Shown piece by piece: positions 7,889-16,839 of a stretch of DNA of 64,000 nt. The stretch comes from an uncultured Gemmatimonadota bacterium. GTDB taxonomy: Bacteria; JAAXHH01. The notes under the pieces were generated by a model. The model saw only the letters and a list, made by a program, of their open reading frames with translations. It ran no database searches and had not been told where the DNA came from. The stretch spans positions 2,272,001-2,336,000 of the forward strand of contig OX638340.1 of assembly GCA_951812955.1 (NCBI GenBank), in the 5' to 3' direction. The position numbers and the translations under genes are program-made. Within the stretch, counting starts at the first letter, position 1. Each line of letters starts with the position of its first letter.

Positions 7889-9370
7889 TTATTCTTCGGG
7901 GATCCGCAGGCCGATAAGAAACTGCGCATTGCCCCGCTGTATCCTGAATCGGATGGCCTGGCCGGGTTCGAATTCTCGGACGATGCCTAGGAATTCCTGT
8001 ACGCTGGACACCGACTCGCCGTTCACCTCGCGGATCAGGTCGCCCCGTTGCAGTCTCTTGTCCTCGGCCACGCTGCCCGCGCGAACCTGGGTGATCACCA
8101 CGCCCGAACCCGCCTCGTAGAAACGAGACCACTCCCGCGTCACATCCATGACGTCGATGCCGAGGTTGGTCGCGGGGCTCCTTCTGGGTTCGCTCGTCGA
8201 CGCGACGCGGGTCGGATCTCCATCGGGTAACTCGCCAAGTTCCAGCGCGATCGTCACCGGCGATCCTTCCCGTACGACCTCGATCTCAATTTCCGTCCCC
8301 GGAGCGATATCCGCGATCCGTTTCCGCAGGTCGTCCACGTCTTCCACGTCTTCCCCGTCGACCGCGACGATGACATCCTCCACCTGGAGATCGGAGTCGA
8401 TCGCCGGTCCGTCATCCACGATGTTGCTTATGAGCGCTCCCGCCTTGCTGTCCAGGCCCATGGATTCGGCCACGATCTCATCCAAATCTGCGATTTCCAC
8501 CCCCAGGTACCCGCGGCTCACGCGTCCGTCCTCGACCAGCCGGGTCATGATGTCCCGGGCCATGTTGGCCGGAACCGCGAAGCCGACGCCCTGGTACCCG
8601 CCGGTCCGGGTGGAAATGGCGGTGTTGATGCCCATGAGGTTCCCTTCCAGGTCGACCAGCGCGCCTCCGCTGTTCCCCGGATTGATGGCGGCGTCCGTCT
8701 GGATGAAGTTCTCGTAAGAGTTCGGTTCCAGTACGCGTCCCCGGCCCTTGGCGCTGACGATGCCCGCCGTGACGGTATGGTTCAGTCCGAAGGGATTGCC
8801 CACGGCCAGCACCCACTCGCCGACCCTCAACTTGTCCGAATCGCCAAAGGCCAACACGGGAAGATTATCGAAATCGATCTTGATGACGGCAAGATCTGTA
8901 CGGGGATCCAGTCCGACGATCTCCGCCTCCGTCTCCCGTTCGTCCGACAATTGAACGGTCAGTTTCTCCGCGTTTTCCACCACGTGGTTGTTCGTCACGA
9001 TGTAGCCGTCTTTCGACACGATCACCCCGGACCCCAGACCCTGGAACGGCCGCGGCCGTTGATTTCCCGGCGGTCCGCCGCCGAAAAACTCTTCGAAGGG
9101 ATTCCTGAACCGCTGCTGCGTCTGCGCGACCGCGCGTTTGCTCGTGATGAGTACAACGGAAGGCTTGACCCGCTCCGCGATGGTGGCGAAGGTCTCGCTG
9201 AATTCCTGCATCGACCGCTGGTCAGCGGCGACGACCGGTGTTATCGACCTGTTCTCGTCCTGTTCGACAATGGAGGCGTCCCAGTTGGAAATGAACAGGC
9301 CGCCGAGTACCATGCCCGTGATGAGCAGCGCCGCGCCGGCGAAGCCTCCTATATTCCTTTTCTCCGTCAT
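7889..9370 (-). CDS. htrA: HtrA/DegP-family periplasmic serine protease with two PDZ domains
   Basis: 493 aa. N-terminal TM anchor. Trypsin-like catalytic motifs (...TNNHVV..., ...DLAVIK..., ...GNSGGALV...) followed by two PDZ-like regions. Confidence 0.9.
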   Translation of the reverse strand: MTEKRNIGGFAGAALLITGMVLGGLFISNWDASIVEQDENRSITPVVAADQRSMQEFSETFATIAERVKPSVVLITSKRAVAQTQQRFRNPFEEFFGGGPPGNQRPRPFQGLGSGVIVSKDGYIVTNNHVVENAEKLTVQLSDERETEAEIVGLDPRTDLAVIKIDFDNLPVLAFGDSDKLRVGEWVLAVGNPFGLNHTVTAGIVSAKGRGRVLEPNSYENFIQTDAAINPGNSGGALVDLEGNLMGINTAISTRTGGYQGVGFAVPANMARDIMTRLVEDGRVSRGYLGVEIADLDEIVAESMGLDSKAGALISNIVDDGPAIDSDLQVEDVIVAVDGEDVEDVDDLRKRIADIAPGTEIEIEVVREGSPVTIALELGELPDGDPTRVASTSEPRRSPATNLGIDVMDVTREWSRFYEAGSGVVITQVRAGSVAEDKRLQRGDLIREVNGESVSSVQEFLGIVREFEPGQAIRFRIQRGNAQFLIGLRIPEE

Positions 9371-9542
9371 GCTCGATCTCCCTTTCTATGCTGTTTTTGC
9401 CCTGCCATTTACAACTATGCATAATACCGGGCACGCGTCCCGGCGTCAAACGATTACGGTCTATCTGCGACTGCCTCTTCCCCTTCCCATCCGGTTTCGC
9501 CAAGCGTCAGTCCGCCGGCCACACCCCGCGCTTCGAGCAATT

Positions 9543-9636
9543 CCTGCCTCAGTTCAGATTCGCGTCCCGGGTCGAAACGGTCACGCCGTCCTGCCTCAGT
9601 TCAGATTCGCGTCCCGGGTCGAAACGGTCACGCCGC
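9543..9636. repeat. exact 47-bp-period tandem duplication spanning the lon stop codon
   Basis: cctgcctcagttcagattcgcgtcccgggtcgaaacggtcacgccg occurs at 9543-9588 and again at 9590-9635. The upstream (coding-sense) copy encodes ...GGVTVSTRDANLN*. Confidence 0.9.
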
Positions 9637-12049
9637 CTTGCATGGACTCCACCCAGGTCCCGTCGCTTTCCGGGGTGTCGGCGGGTTCATCCATGAGCGC
9701 CAGTTCCAGGACCTGGTCGATATGGTCGACCAGGCAGAACCCGAGCTTCTCCTTAACGGCCGCGGGGACGTCGTCCAGGTCTTTCTCGTTCCGGCGGGGC
9801 AGGATGATGGTGGTGATACCGGCCCGCATCGCGCCGAGGACCTTCTCCTTGACGCCGCCGACCGGCATGACCTTCCCGCGCAGAGTGACCTCGCCGGTCA
9901 TGGCCAGATCGTTTCGTACCGGCCGGCCCGTGAGCAGGGAGGTCAGCACCGTCACGAGCGCCACGCCGGCGGACGGACCGTCCTTGGGGATAGCACCCAC
10001 GGGCAGATGGATATGTATGTCGTGCCGACCGAAGAACGCCGGGTCGATCTGCCATTCCTCGGCGTGCGACCTGACGTAGGTCATTGCGGCCCGGGCGGAT
10101 TCCTTCATCACGTCGCCCAGTTGGCCCGTAAGCGTCAGCCCCTTTCTGCCGGGCATCTTGCTGGCTTCGACAAACATGATCTCGCCGCCGGCCGGGGTCC
10201 AGGCCAGCCCGATCGCCACGCCGGGGTCTCCGGTGCGTTCCGCGGTCTCGGAGAAGTACTCGGGCGGACCCAGGTGCCGGTGCAGGTCACCTTCGGAAAT
10301 CTGGAAGGGTGGAGCCTGCCCTTCGGCGACCGAACGGGCCGATTTGCGGGCGACTGTGCGGATCTTCCGCTCCAGGTTGCGCAGGCCCGCCTCCCGGGTA
10401 TAATCGGAGATGATCCGGGCGATCGCCCGGTCGTCAAGACGCAGGTCATCCGTGGACAACCCGTGCGACTCCAGTTCCCTGGGAACGAGGTAGCGCCGCG
10501 CGATTTCGACCTTCTCCTCTTCCGTGTATCCCGACAGCTCGATGATCTCCATGCGGTCGCGCAGCGGCTCCGGTATGCCGGCCAGCATATTGGCAGTGGT
10601 CACGAACATGACGTTGGACAGGTCGAAGGGCAGATCGATGTAGTGATCGGTAAAGGTGTCGTTCTGTTCCGGGTCGAGCACTTCGAGCAGCGCGGAGGAG
10701 GGGTCTCCCCGGAAATCCCGGCCGAGCTTGTCGATCTCGTCCAGCATGAAGACCGGGTTGTTGGTGCCCGCCTTGCGGATGCTCTGGATGATGCGTCCCG
10801 GCAACGCGCCGATGTAGGTCCTGCGGTGTCCCCTGATCTCAGCCTCGTCATGCACACCGCCCAGCGATATGCGCACGAACCGTCGGCCCAGGGCGCGGGC
10901 GATCGACTTGCCGAGCGAGGTCTTGCCCACCCCCGGCGGACCCGCGAAACACAGGATGGAACCCTTCAGGTCCGGCTTCAGGCTCCGCACGGCCAGGTGT
11001 TCGAGGACGCGGTCCTTGATCTTCTCGAGGCCGTAGTGGTCTTCGTCCAGGATTTCCCGGGCCCGCTCGATGTCCAACTGATCATCCGATGAAACGGACC
11101 AGGGCAGCTCCGACAGCCACTCGAGATAGGTCCGCAGTGTCGAATACTCCGGAGAGACGGTCGGAATGCGCTCCAACCTTTTGAGTTCGCGCTCCGCTTC
11201 CGCCCGGGCCTCGCCAGGCAGGCCGGCTTCCTCGATCTTCTCGCGCAGGTCGGACAGGTCCTCGCCCTGTCCTTCGCCGTCTTCTCCGAGCTCCCGTTGT
11301 ATGGCCTTCATCTGCTCGCGGAGATAGTACTCGCGCTGTGCCTTGCCCATCTTGTCCTCGACCTGCGACTGGATGCGGCTGCCCGTCTCCGCCACTTCGA
11401 TCTCCCGGGTTATCAGGAATGTCAGCGCCTTCAGCCTTCCCTTGACATCGCTCAATTCCAGCATGGCCTGCTGGTCTTCGAGGGAAATCTTCAGATTGAA
11501 GGCGATGAAATCGGCCATTTTGGATGGCTGGTCCTCCAGGTTGAGCAGGGGGATGCGCAGCTCTTCGGACATGGTCGGGACCAGTTCGATCAGCCGCTGG
11601 AACTGCTCCGCCAGGTTGTGGGCCAGTGCCTTGCCTTCCATGGACTCATGTTTCTGCTCAGCCTGGAGTTCCACCCGGACGCGCATGATCGGCTCGGTTT
11701 CGAGCACGTCCAGTACACGTGCGCGGGCCACCCCGTGGACCACCGCGTGGAGGCTGTCTTCCGGCAGCTTCATCATCTTGTATATCCGAACCAGCGTACC
11801 GAATTTGTAGAGATCTTCGGGCGACGGCTGGTCCGTGTCCGGGTCCCGCTGCGCCAGGACCATGACCATCTTGTCCTGTTGTAGCGCCTCGTCCAGCGCC
11901 TTGACAGAACCCGTCCGGTCGGCTACCAGCGCGGCCGCCATATGGGGATACACGATCAGGTTGCGCACCGGCAGCACGGCGATGGACTCGATTACCGAGT
12001 TCTCCTGCAGGTTCAACGGTACTTCCTGGAGCGCCTTGATTTCAGCCAT
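9596..12049 (-). CDS. lon: ATP-dependent Lon protease
   Basis: 817 aa. LON N-domain, Walker A GPPGVGKTS, and C-terminal protease domain with ...KDGPSAGVAL... catalytic Ser. Confidence 0.95.
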   Translation of the reverse strand: MAEIKALQEVPLNLQENSVIESIAVLPVRNLIVYPHMAAALVADRTGSVKALDEALQQDKMVMVLAQRDPDTDQPSPEDLYKFGTLVRIYKMMKLPEDSLHAVVHGVARARVLDVLETEPIMRVRVELQAEQKHESMEGKALAHNLAEQFQRLIELVPTMSEELRIPLLNLEDQPSKMADFIAFNLKISLEDQQAMLELSDVKGRLKALTFLITREIEVAETGSRIQSQVEDKMGKAQREYYLREQMKAIQRELGEDGEGQGEDLSDLREKIEEAGLPGEARAEAERELKRLERIPTVSPEYSTLRTYLEWLSELPWSVSSDDQLDIERAREILDEDHYGLEKIKDRVLEHLAVRSLKPDLKGSILCFAGPPGVGKTSLGKSIARALGRRFVRISLGGVHDEAEIRGHRRTYIGALPGRIIQSIRKAGTNNPVFMLDEIDKLGRDFRGDPSSALLEVLDPEQNDTFTDHYIDLPFDLSNVMFVTTANMLAGIPEPLRDRMEIIELSGYTEEEKVEIARRYLVPRELESHGLSTDDLRLDDRAIARIISDYTREAGLRNLERKIRTVARKSARSVAEGQAPPFQISEGDLHRHLGPPEYFSETAERTGDPGVAIGLAWTPAGGEIMFVEASKMPGRKGLTLTGQLGDVMKESARAAMTYVRSHAEEWQIDPAFFGRHDIHIHLPVGAIPKDGPSAGVALVTVLTSLLTGRPVRNDLAMTGEVTLRGKVMPVGGVKEKVLGAMRAGITTIILPRRNEKDLDDVPAAVKEKLGFCLVDHIDQVLELALMDEPADTPESDGTWVESMQGGVTVSTRDANLN

Positions 12050-12565
12050 GTCTTACCTCGCTTTCCCTGCCCTTGTGCCGCGTCCTCGGGCGTCCTCAAG
12101 AGGTGGCCGTCGCGAGACTCGGTTAGCCCTCGACCGTCAGTGAACGTCGCCGGGCCTGTTTCCATTCGCATGGCCATGGGAAGCGCCTCGCGGCTGCTTG
12201 ATTCATTATACGCACCAACCGGCCAATACGCTTCATTTGGCCTGGATTTCTACCGTACTACAGCAACATAGGGTGCAAACTCCATGCCACGATGATTCCG
12301 TGTCGACGACTTGATGATTCCGTGCCTCCTTCACGATGCTTCTGGGCCGACGGCATGGTAAATTCGCGCCACGCCAGGATTCTATTCGCGTATATGTGCC
12401 AATTTGGCATATCAGGTCGCACAAACTGCCATTTTAGCATGTGGCTTACTACAGAATCTCACACTATTTGGTCGGCAACTTCATCCCTCCGCTCGAATCC
12501 GTGTATGCCACGGCCTTCGCATAGCTATTCCGAACCGCGCCGGAGGTTTTTCTGCCCAGACCGTA

Positions 12566-12649
12566 CTGCGCCTGTGTGATCTGCTGTCCGGACCGCGCTG
12601 CGCCAGTGTAATTTGCTACCCGGACTGCGATACGCCTTGTGTGTTCTAC
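12566..12649. repeat. ~31-bp tandem repeat x2.5
   Basis: ctgcgcctgtgtgatctgctgtccggaccgcg / ctgcgccagtgtaatttgctacccgga / ctgcgatacgccttgtgtg..., within the 780-bp gene-free region. Confidence 0.7.
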
Positions 12650-12830
12650 TTCCATCGAAACAGGTTGACAATTCGACGGTTCGGGTTACCATGTCGAGAA
12701 ATGATCGGCCTGCGTGTCCGTACTTAAACAGAGCGGTCTGTTCAGCCTGTTCCGGGGCAATCACGCGCCTGTTTTCGACGGAAACAGCCGCGACATTTCT
12801 CTGTCTACTGTCTCCATACGAGGAATACCC

Positions 12831-13298
12831 ATGAAACGTCCTTTCATTCGGATCTTGACGACCACGCTGTCATGCTTTCTTATCGCGGGATTGGCCATGG
12901 CGGGTTGCGGCGGCGAAGGCGGCGGAAGCCAGGACCATGCCGAAGAACCGGCCGAAAGCGAGGCGCCCGACCCGAACACCGAGGCGCGCCAGGAGTACAT
13001 GAGAGAGATCGCGCAGCTCTGCGAAGGGATCGCCCTGGCGATCGAGGAAGGATCCGTGGGGACGATCGGCGCCGACGTGTCGAATCTCAAGGGGGTCATG
13101 GAGGAAGTGTCTACGATGCCTCCGCGATACGATTCTTCGAGATTCGGGTTCTACGCCTCCGACTTCCAGATACGCGCCGACACGCTCATCGCAGCTGCGG
13201 AGACCGGTTCGGCCATCGAGGCCGACTCCGCGATGCAAGCCCTCGCGATCACCTGCGGCGTTTGCCATTACAACTGCAAGTTCCCGGCCGATCCGTAA
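12831..13298 (+). CDS. lipoprotein class II c-type cytochrome (cytochrome c'/c556-like)
   Basis: Start at MKRPFIRILTTTLSCFLIAGLAMAGCGG (lipobox). ~155 aa, predicted helical, with a single CxxCH (CGVCH) 10 residues from the C-terminus, the hallmark of class II cytochromes c. Confidence 0.65.
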   Translation: MKRPFIRILTTTLSCFLIAGLAMAGCGGEGGGSQDHAEEPAESEAPDPNTEARQEYMREIAQLCEGIALAIEEGSVGTIGADVSNLKGVMEEVSTMPPRYDSSRFGFYASDFQIRADTLIAAAETGSAIEADSAMQALAITCGVCHYNCKFPADP

Positions 13299-13366
13299 TT
13301 CGCGGTTAGTTCCCGGCCGACCCGTAAATATCCGGCAAGTTCCCGGCCGATCCGTAATTCCCGCCA
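13279..13366. repeat. ~30-bp tandem repeat x3 spanning the cytochrome c' stop codon
   Basis: agttcccggccgatccgTAAttcgcggtt / agttcccggccgacccgTAAatatccggca / agttcccggccgatccgTAAttcccgcca. Confidence 0.9.
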
Positions 13367-13376
13367 AGGAGGAACC

Positions 13377-14360
13377 ATGATACGTCAATTCACCGCGGCG
13401 CTCGTCTGCGCCGCGCTCATAGCCGCGGCGTGCAGTGATTCCGAAGGGCCCGCGCCGTCCGAAGAGGAGCCCGCAACCGTGAACCCGATGAATGAATACG
13501 GCATGACGGCCAGCAACGTATTCCTGTACTACGCCGACGTAGAAGCGGCGACGGAGTTCTACACCCGGACCCTGGGCTTCGCCGTTGCGGCAGATTACGG
13601 GTTCGCCAAGATCCTCCGCGTCGCCCCGAGTTCCTTCATCACCCTCGTCGACGAAGAGATGGGCATGCACAGCGCCAGCGATCCCAAGACCGTGGCCATC
13701 GCCCTCATCACGGACCAGCTGGACGAGTGGTGGGACTACATGAAGGACCAGGAAGTAGAGATGCGGTCCACCTCCTACAACCCGGTCGAGGGACGTCCCC
13801 ATCACGGATTCGTCGCCATCGATCCGGAGGGTTACCTCCTGGAGTTCGAGCGGTTCAACGAACACGCCGAGAACGAGATGCTGGTCCCGGTGCTGAACGA
13901 GACCGAGACGATCTATCCCGCCGAAGGCACGTCCAATGTGCCTCCGGGACTGGGTTTCAAGGCGACGGTGGTGTGGTTCTACTACAAGGACATGCCCGCG
14001 ATCCAGGCCTTCTACGAAGAGGTCATGGGCTTCGACCTGATCGTGGACCAGGGGTGGACCAAGATCTACCGCATCTCGCCATCGGGCTACATGGGCCTCG
14101 TGGACGAGCAACGCGGCATGCACAACTTCACGGAGAAGAAGGCCGTCACCATGTCCTTCTGGACGGACCGTATCGACGACTGGTACGCCTACGTCAGCGG
14201 CCACGGCGACTTTGAAATGCGCTCCGAGAAGGTCGAGGAAACGGACCGGTACCGCGCCTTCGTCGCCTACGATCCGGAAGGCTACTTCCTTGAATGGAAC
14301 GTCTTCAAGGACGCGCCGGACAACGAGACGCTCCACAGAATGCTGCGGGGCGAAGAGTAG
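13377..14360 (+). CDS. lipoprotein with two VOC (glyoxalase/bleomycin-resistance/dioxygenase) domains
   Basis: 327 aa. Signal/lipobox MIRQFTAALVCAALIAAAC. Two internally similar halves (...YYADVEAATEFYTRTLGF... and ...YYKDMPAIQAFYEEVMGF...; ...DPEGYLLEF... and ...DPEGYFLEW...). Confidence 0.75.
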   Translation: MIRQFTAALVCAALIAAACSDSEGPAPSEEEPATVNPMNEYGMTASNVFLYYADVEAATEFYTRTLGFAVAADYGFAKILRVAPSSFITLVDEEMGMHSASDPKTVAIALITDQLDEWWDYMKDQEVEMRSTSYNPVEGRPHHGFVAIDPEGYLLEFERFNEHAENEMLVPVLNETETIYPAEGTSNVPPGLGFKATVVWFYYKDMPAIQAFYEEVMGFDLIVDQGWTKIYRISPSGYMGLVDEQRGMHNFTEKKAVTMSFWTDRIDDWYAYVSGHGDFEMRSEKVEETDRYRAFVAYDPEGYFLEWNVFKDAPDNETLHRMLRGEE

Positions 14361-14371
14361 AAGGAAGAAAC

Positions 14372-15607
14372 ATGCCGACCATCAGGCCCTACGACCCGGA
14401 ACGCGATCGAGACGCGATCATCCGGGTCTGGCGCGAAGTACATTGGATCACCAGCGACGTGCAGGCCAAGTGGGCGCCGCTGTTCATGGAGAAAACCCGG
14501 ACCGACGTGGCGGAGGTGAACGGCGAAGCGGAGTGCCAGGCTTCATCGACCGACGGGACGTTCCGCTACCAGGACGAAGACCTGGCCATGTCCGCCATCG
14601 TGGGCGTGACGACCAGCCGCGTCGCCCGCAAGCAACGTCTCGCCCAGCGGGTTACGGCGCACCGCATTGCCGAAGACGCCGCCCGGGGGGCGGAGATCTG
14701 CATGCTGACCATGTTCGAGCAGGGATTCTACGACCTGATGGGATTCGGCACGGGTCCCTACGGACACAGGGTGCGGTTCGATCCCGCCGACCTCACGATC
14801 GACCGGCCCTTCCGGGTGCCCAGGCGCCTGACCGCCGACGACTGGGAAATGATCCATTCCGCCATGGTAAACCGCAGGTTGACCCACGGTGGCTGCAGGC
14901 TGTATCCGGCGGAGTTGCTGCAGGTCGAACTGAATCACTCGGAGAAATCCTTCGTGCTGGGCTACTGCGATGGTCCAGGCGGCGAGCTGACCCACTTCTT
15001 CTGGGCGAGCGACAATGAAGAGCACGGTCCCTGCTATGTCTACATGATGGCCTACCAGGATCATTCCCAGCTCATGGAACTGCTCGCGCTCATGAAATCT
15101 CTCGGAGACCAGATTCGGCTCTTCCAGATCGTCGAACCCCCCGACGTGCAAATCCAGGACCTGATCAGGCAGCCCTTTCGGGCCAGGATCGTATCCGAAA
15201 AAGGTCCCTTCAACACACTGATTCGGGGTGATGGGTACTGGCAGGCCCGGATCTGCGACCTGGAAGCCTGCATGGCCAAGACCCGCCTGCACGGCCCGTC
15301 GACGCGGTTCAATCTTTCCCTGAGCGATCCCATCGAGAAGTACCTGGACGCCGGCGCGTCCTGGCGAGGTCTTAGTGGGGAGTACGTGGTCACGCTGGGT
15401 CCCGAGTCCCAGGCTGAACCCGGCGCCGACCCCGCACTACCTACGCTGGCCGCCTCCGTCGGCGCCTTCACCCGTCTCTGGCTCGGCGTTCGTCCCGCCA
15501 CCGGCCTGGCCGTCACCGACGACCTGTCCGGTCCCCCCGAACTGCTGTCCGCGCTGGATCGCACCCTGCGCCTGCCCGTGCCGGGGATGTGCGGGTGGGA
15601 GTTTTAG
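14372..15607 (+). CDS. GNAT N-acetyltransferase with C-terminal SCP2-like domain (Eis-like architecture)
   Basis: Start at MPTIRPYDPERDRDAIIRVWREV. ~411 aa, a length and layout typical of Eis/GNAT-SCP2 proteins. The family call is by pattern only. Confidence 0.6.
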   Translation: MPTIRPYDPERDRDAIIRVWREVHWITSDVQAKWAPLFMEKTRTDVAEVNGEAECQASSTDGTFRYQDEDLAMSAIVGVTTSRVARKQRLAQRVTAHRIAEDAARGAEICMLTMFEQGFYDLMGFGTGPYGHRVRFDPADLTIDRPFRVPRRLTADDWEMIHSAMVNRRLTHGGCRLYPAELLQVELNHSEKSFVLGYCDGPGGELTHFFWASDNEEHGPCYVYMMAYQDHSQLMELLALMKSLGDQIRLFQIVEPPDVQIQDLIRQPFRARIVSEKGPFNTLIRGDGYWQARICDLEACMAKTRLHGPSTRFNLSLSDPIEKYLDAGASWRGLSGEYVVTLGPESQAEPGADPALPTLAASVGAFTRLWLGVRPATGLAVTDDLSGPPELLSALDRTLRLPVPGMCGWEF

Positions 15608-15723
15608 ATTTCCGCGACTTTTCCTACTAATGCTATAACTGCATTTCCCGGCGGTTCTTCACGATTCGATGAACCCCTGCCGCGAACGTACTGCTCGGTC
15701 GAGCTAACTTTAAGAGGTTCGTG

Positions 15724-15965
15724 ATGGTTCTCAAGATCAATTCAAAAAGCAAATCACCTTACCGACAAGTGTTCTGGATGCCCTCGGTGTGGATCCCGGT
15801 GACCAGATTGAAATCATCGAGGGACCTGATGGATTCATCCTCAGGCCCCGGAAAATTGACTATTCAAGTCTGGGGACATTGAAGGAGAAAACTCGACGCG
15901 GTCACGACACCTTCGATATCCAGGTCTTCCGCGAGCAGCCCTATAGCCCATCGCTAAAGGAATGA
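15724..15965 (+). pseudogene. AbrB/MazE/VapB-type antitoxin gene interrupted by a frameshift in an A5 run
   Basis: RBS AAGAGG, then ATG at 15724 (MVLKINSK...). The SpoVT/AbrB core KKQITLPTSVLDALGVDPGDQIEIIEGPDGFILRPRK...SLKE* is read in the +1 frame from 15747 to TGA 15963-15965 and has no start codon of its own. One extra A in the run 15744-15748 would restore MVLKINSKKQITLP. Confidence 0.6.
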
Positions 15966-16289
15966 TACCTCGGTGCTTGCCGAAATCAAGGAAGTGCAGG
16001 ATCGTGCGGGTTTCTGCGTAGGCAGATTTTGGAGATCCATCGGTAAATGCGTTGAAAGTTGGAGTGGTGGAGATGGGGTTCCTCAAGCCACACTTGAAGA
16101 ATACAAACATTAGTTGGTGTGTCCGTGATTGTGTCCTCATTACATTGCGGAACCAGACTGAATAGTATATCATACTCGATATACATTTGGATCTTACGAT
16201 CCAGTGGAAGGAAGAGTTCCCAGGACCAACCCAATCTTGGATTTGTGGATCTTATACAAGCGTTGCGACGATCAGTGGAGCGAACAACG

Positions 16290-16505
16290 ATGAAAAACGA
16301 GTTCACTGCGATTATCGAAAGGGACGAAGAAATATACATTGCTTTTTGTCCCGAAATACCGGAAGCGAATGGCCAAGGCGCGACCAAGGATGAAGCCTGC
16401 GAGAGCTTGGCAGAGGCCATTGCCCTTGTATTGGAAGATCGCCGGGAAGAGGGGCTTCGCGGAGCAGCCCCTGGAGCTATTCGAGAAAGAGTCACCATTT
16501 CGTGA
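16290..16505 (+). CDS. hicB: HicB-family antitoxin (short UPF0150 form)
   Basis: MKNEFTAIIERDEEIYIAFCPEIPEANGQGATKDEACESLAEAIALVLEDRREEG.... Internal start within track ORF 16119-16505. Confidence 0.8.
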   Translation: MKNEFTAIIERDEEIYIAFCPEIPEANGQGATKDEACESLAEAIALVLEDRREEGLRGAAPGAIRERVTIS

Positions 16506-16690
16506 AACGGAGGAGTTTAATCCGACATCTCCAAAGACACAACTGTCAACTCAAACGCGAAGGACGTTCGCATTCATTGTGGTGTAATTCGATAACGGGG
16601 GCTGTCGAAACAATTCCTCGTCATACCGAGATTTCTAACCGTCTGGCGCGTAAGATATGCCGAAATCTCTCAGTTCCTGATATACTGTAA
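16502..16690 (+). CDS. hicA: HicA-family mRNA interferase toxin
   Basis: 62 aa: MKRRSLIRHLQRHNCQLKREGRSHSLWCNSITGAVETIPRHTEISNRLARKICRNLSV. The GTG start overlaps the hicB TGA (GTGA). Confidence 0.8.
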   Translation: MKRRSLIRHLQRHNCQLKREGRSHSLWCNSITGAVETIPRHTEISNRLARKICRNLSVPDIL

Positions 16691-16839
16691 CCATGACTAA
16701 TCGTCTTGTGATTTGATCAACAAAGTTGTTTGCAGAATTACCTGTTCTCCAGAAGTACCCCTCCCATCTGAAACAGCACTCCTCAAAGGCAATCTGAGTC
16801 AGCGTTACGACGTCAAGATGACGTTTATCTTCGAAGTAC

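Noticed and set aside
9638-11092. Long antisense or shadow ORFs (also 232-1422, 12870-14336, 25863-26855, 40052-41284, 42704-44107, 47943-49205, 55060-56118)
   Set aside because: They overlap strongly supported genes on the opposite strand. They have Arg/Gly/Pro/His-rich low-information translations and no recognisable motifs. This is typical of stop-codon-poor frames in high-GC DNA.
12404-12421. Sigma-54 promoter-like TTGGCAT-N-TCGCA (and TGGCAC at about 59583)
   Set aside because: The GG-to-GC spacing is 13 and 16 nt respectively, instead of the required 12. The second site also lacks a properly placed TTGC.
15964-16190. Calling a PIN/VapC toxin gene downstream of the AbrB-type gene
   Set aside because: Only short fragments (DTSVLAEIKE..., ...RDCVLITLRNQTE) resemble PIN proteins. 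They lie in different frames with no start codon. This is mentioned as probable decay within the TA-islet finding, not annotated as a gene.
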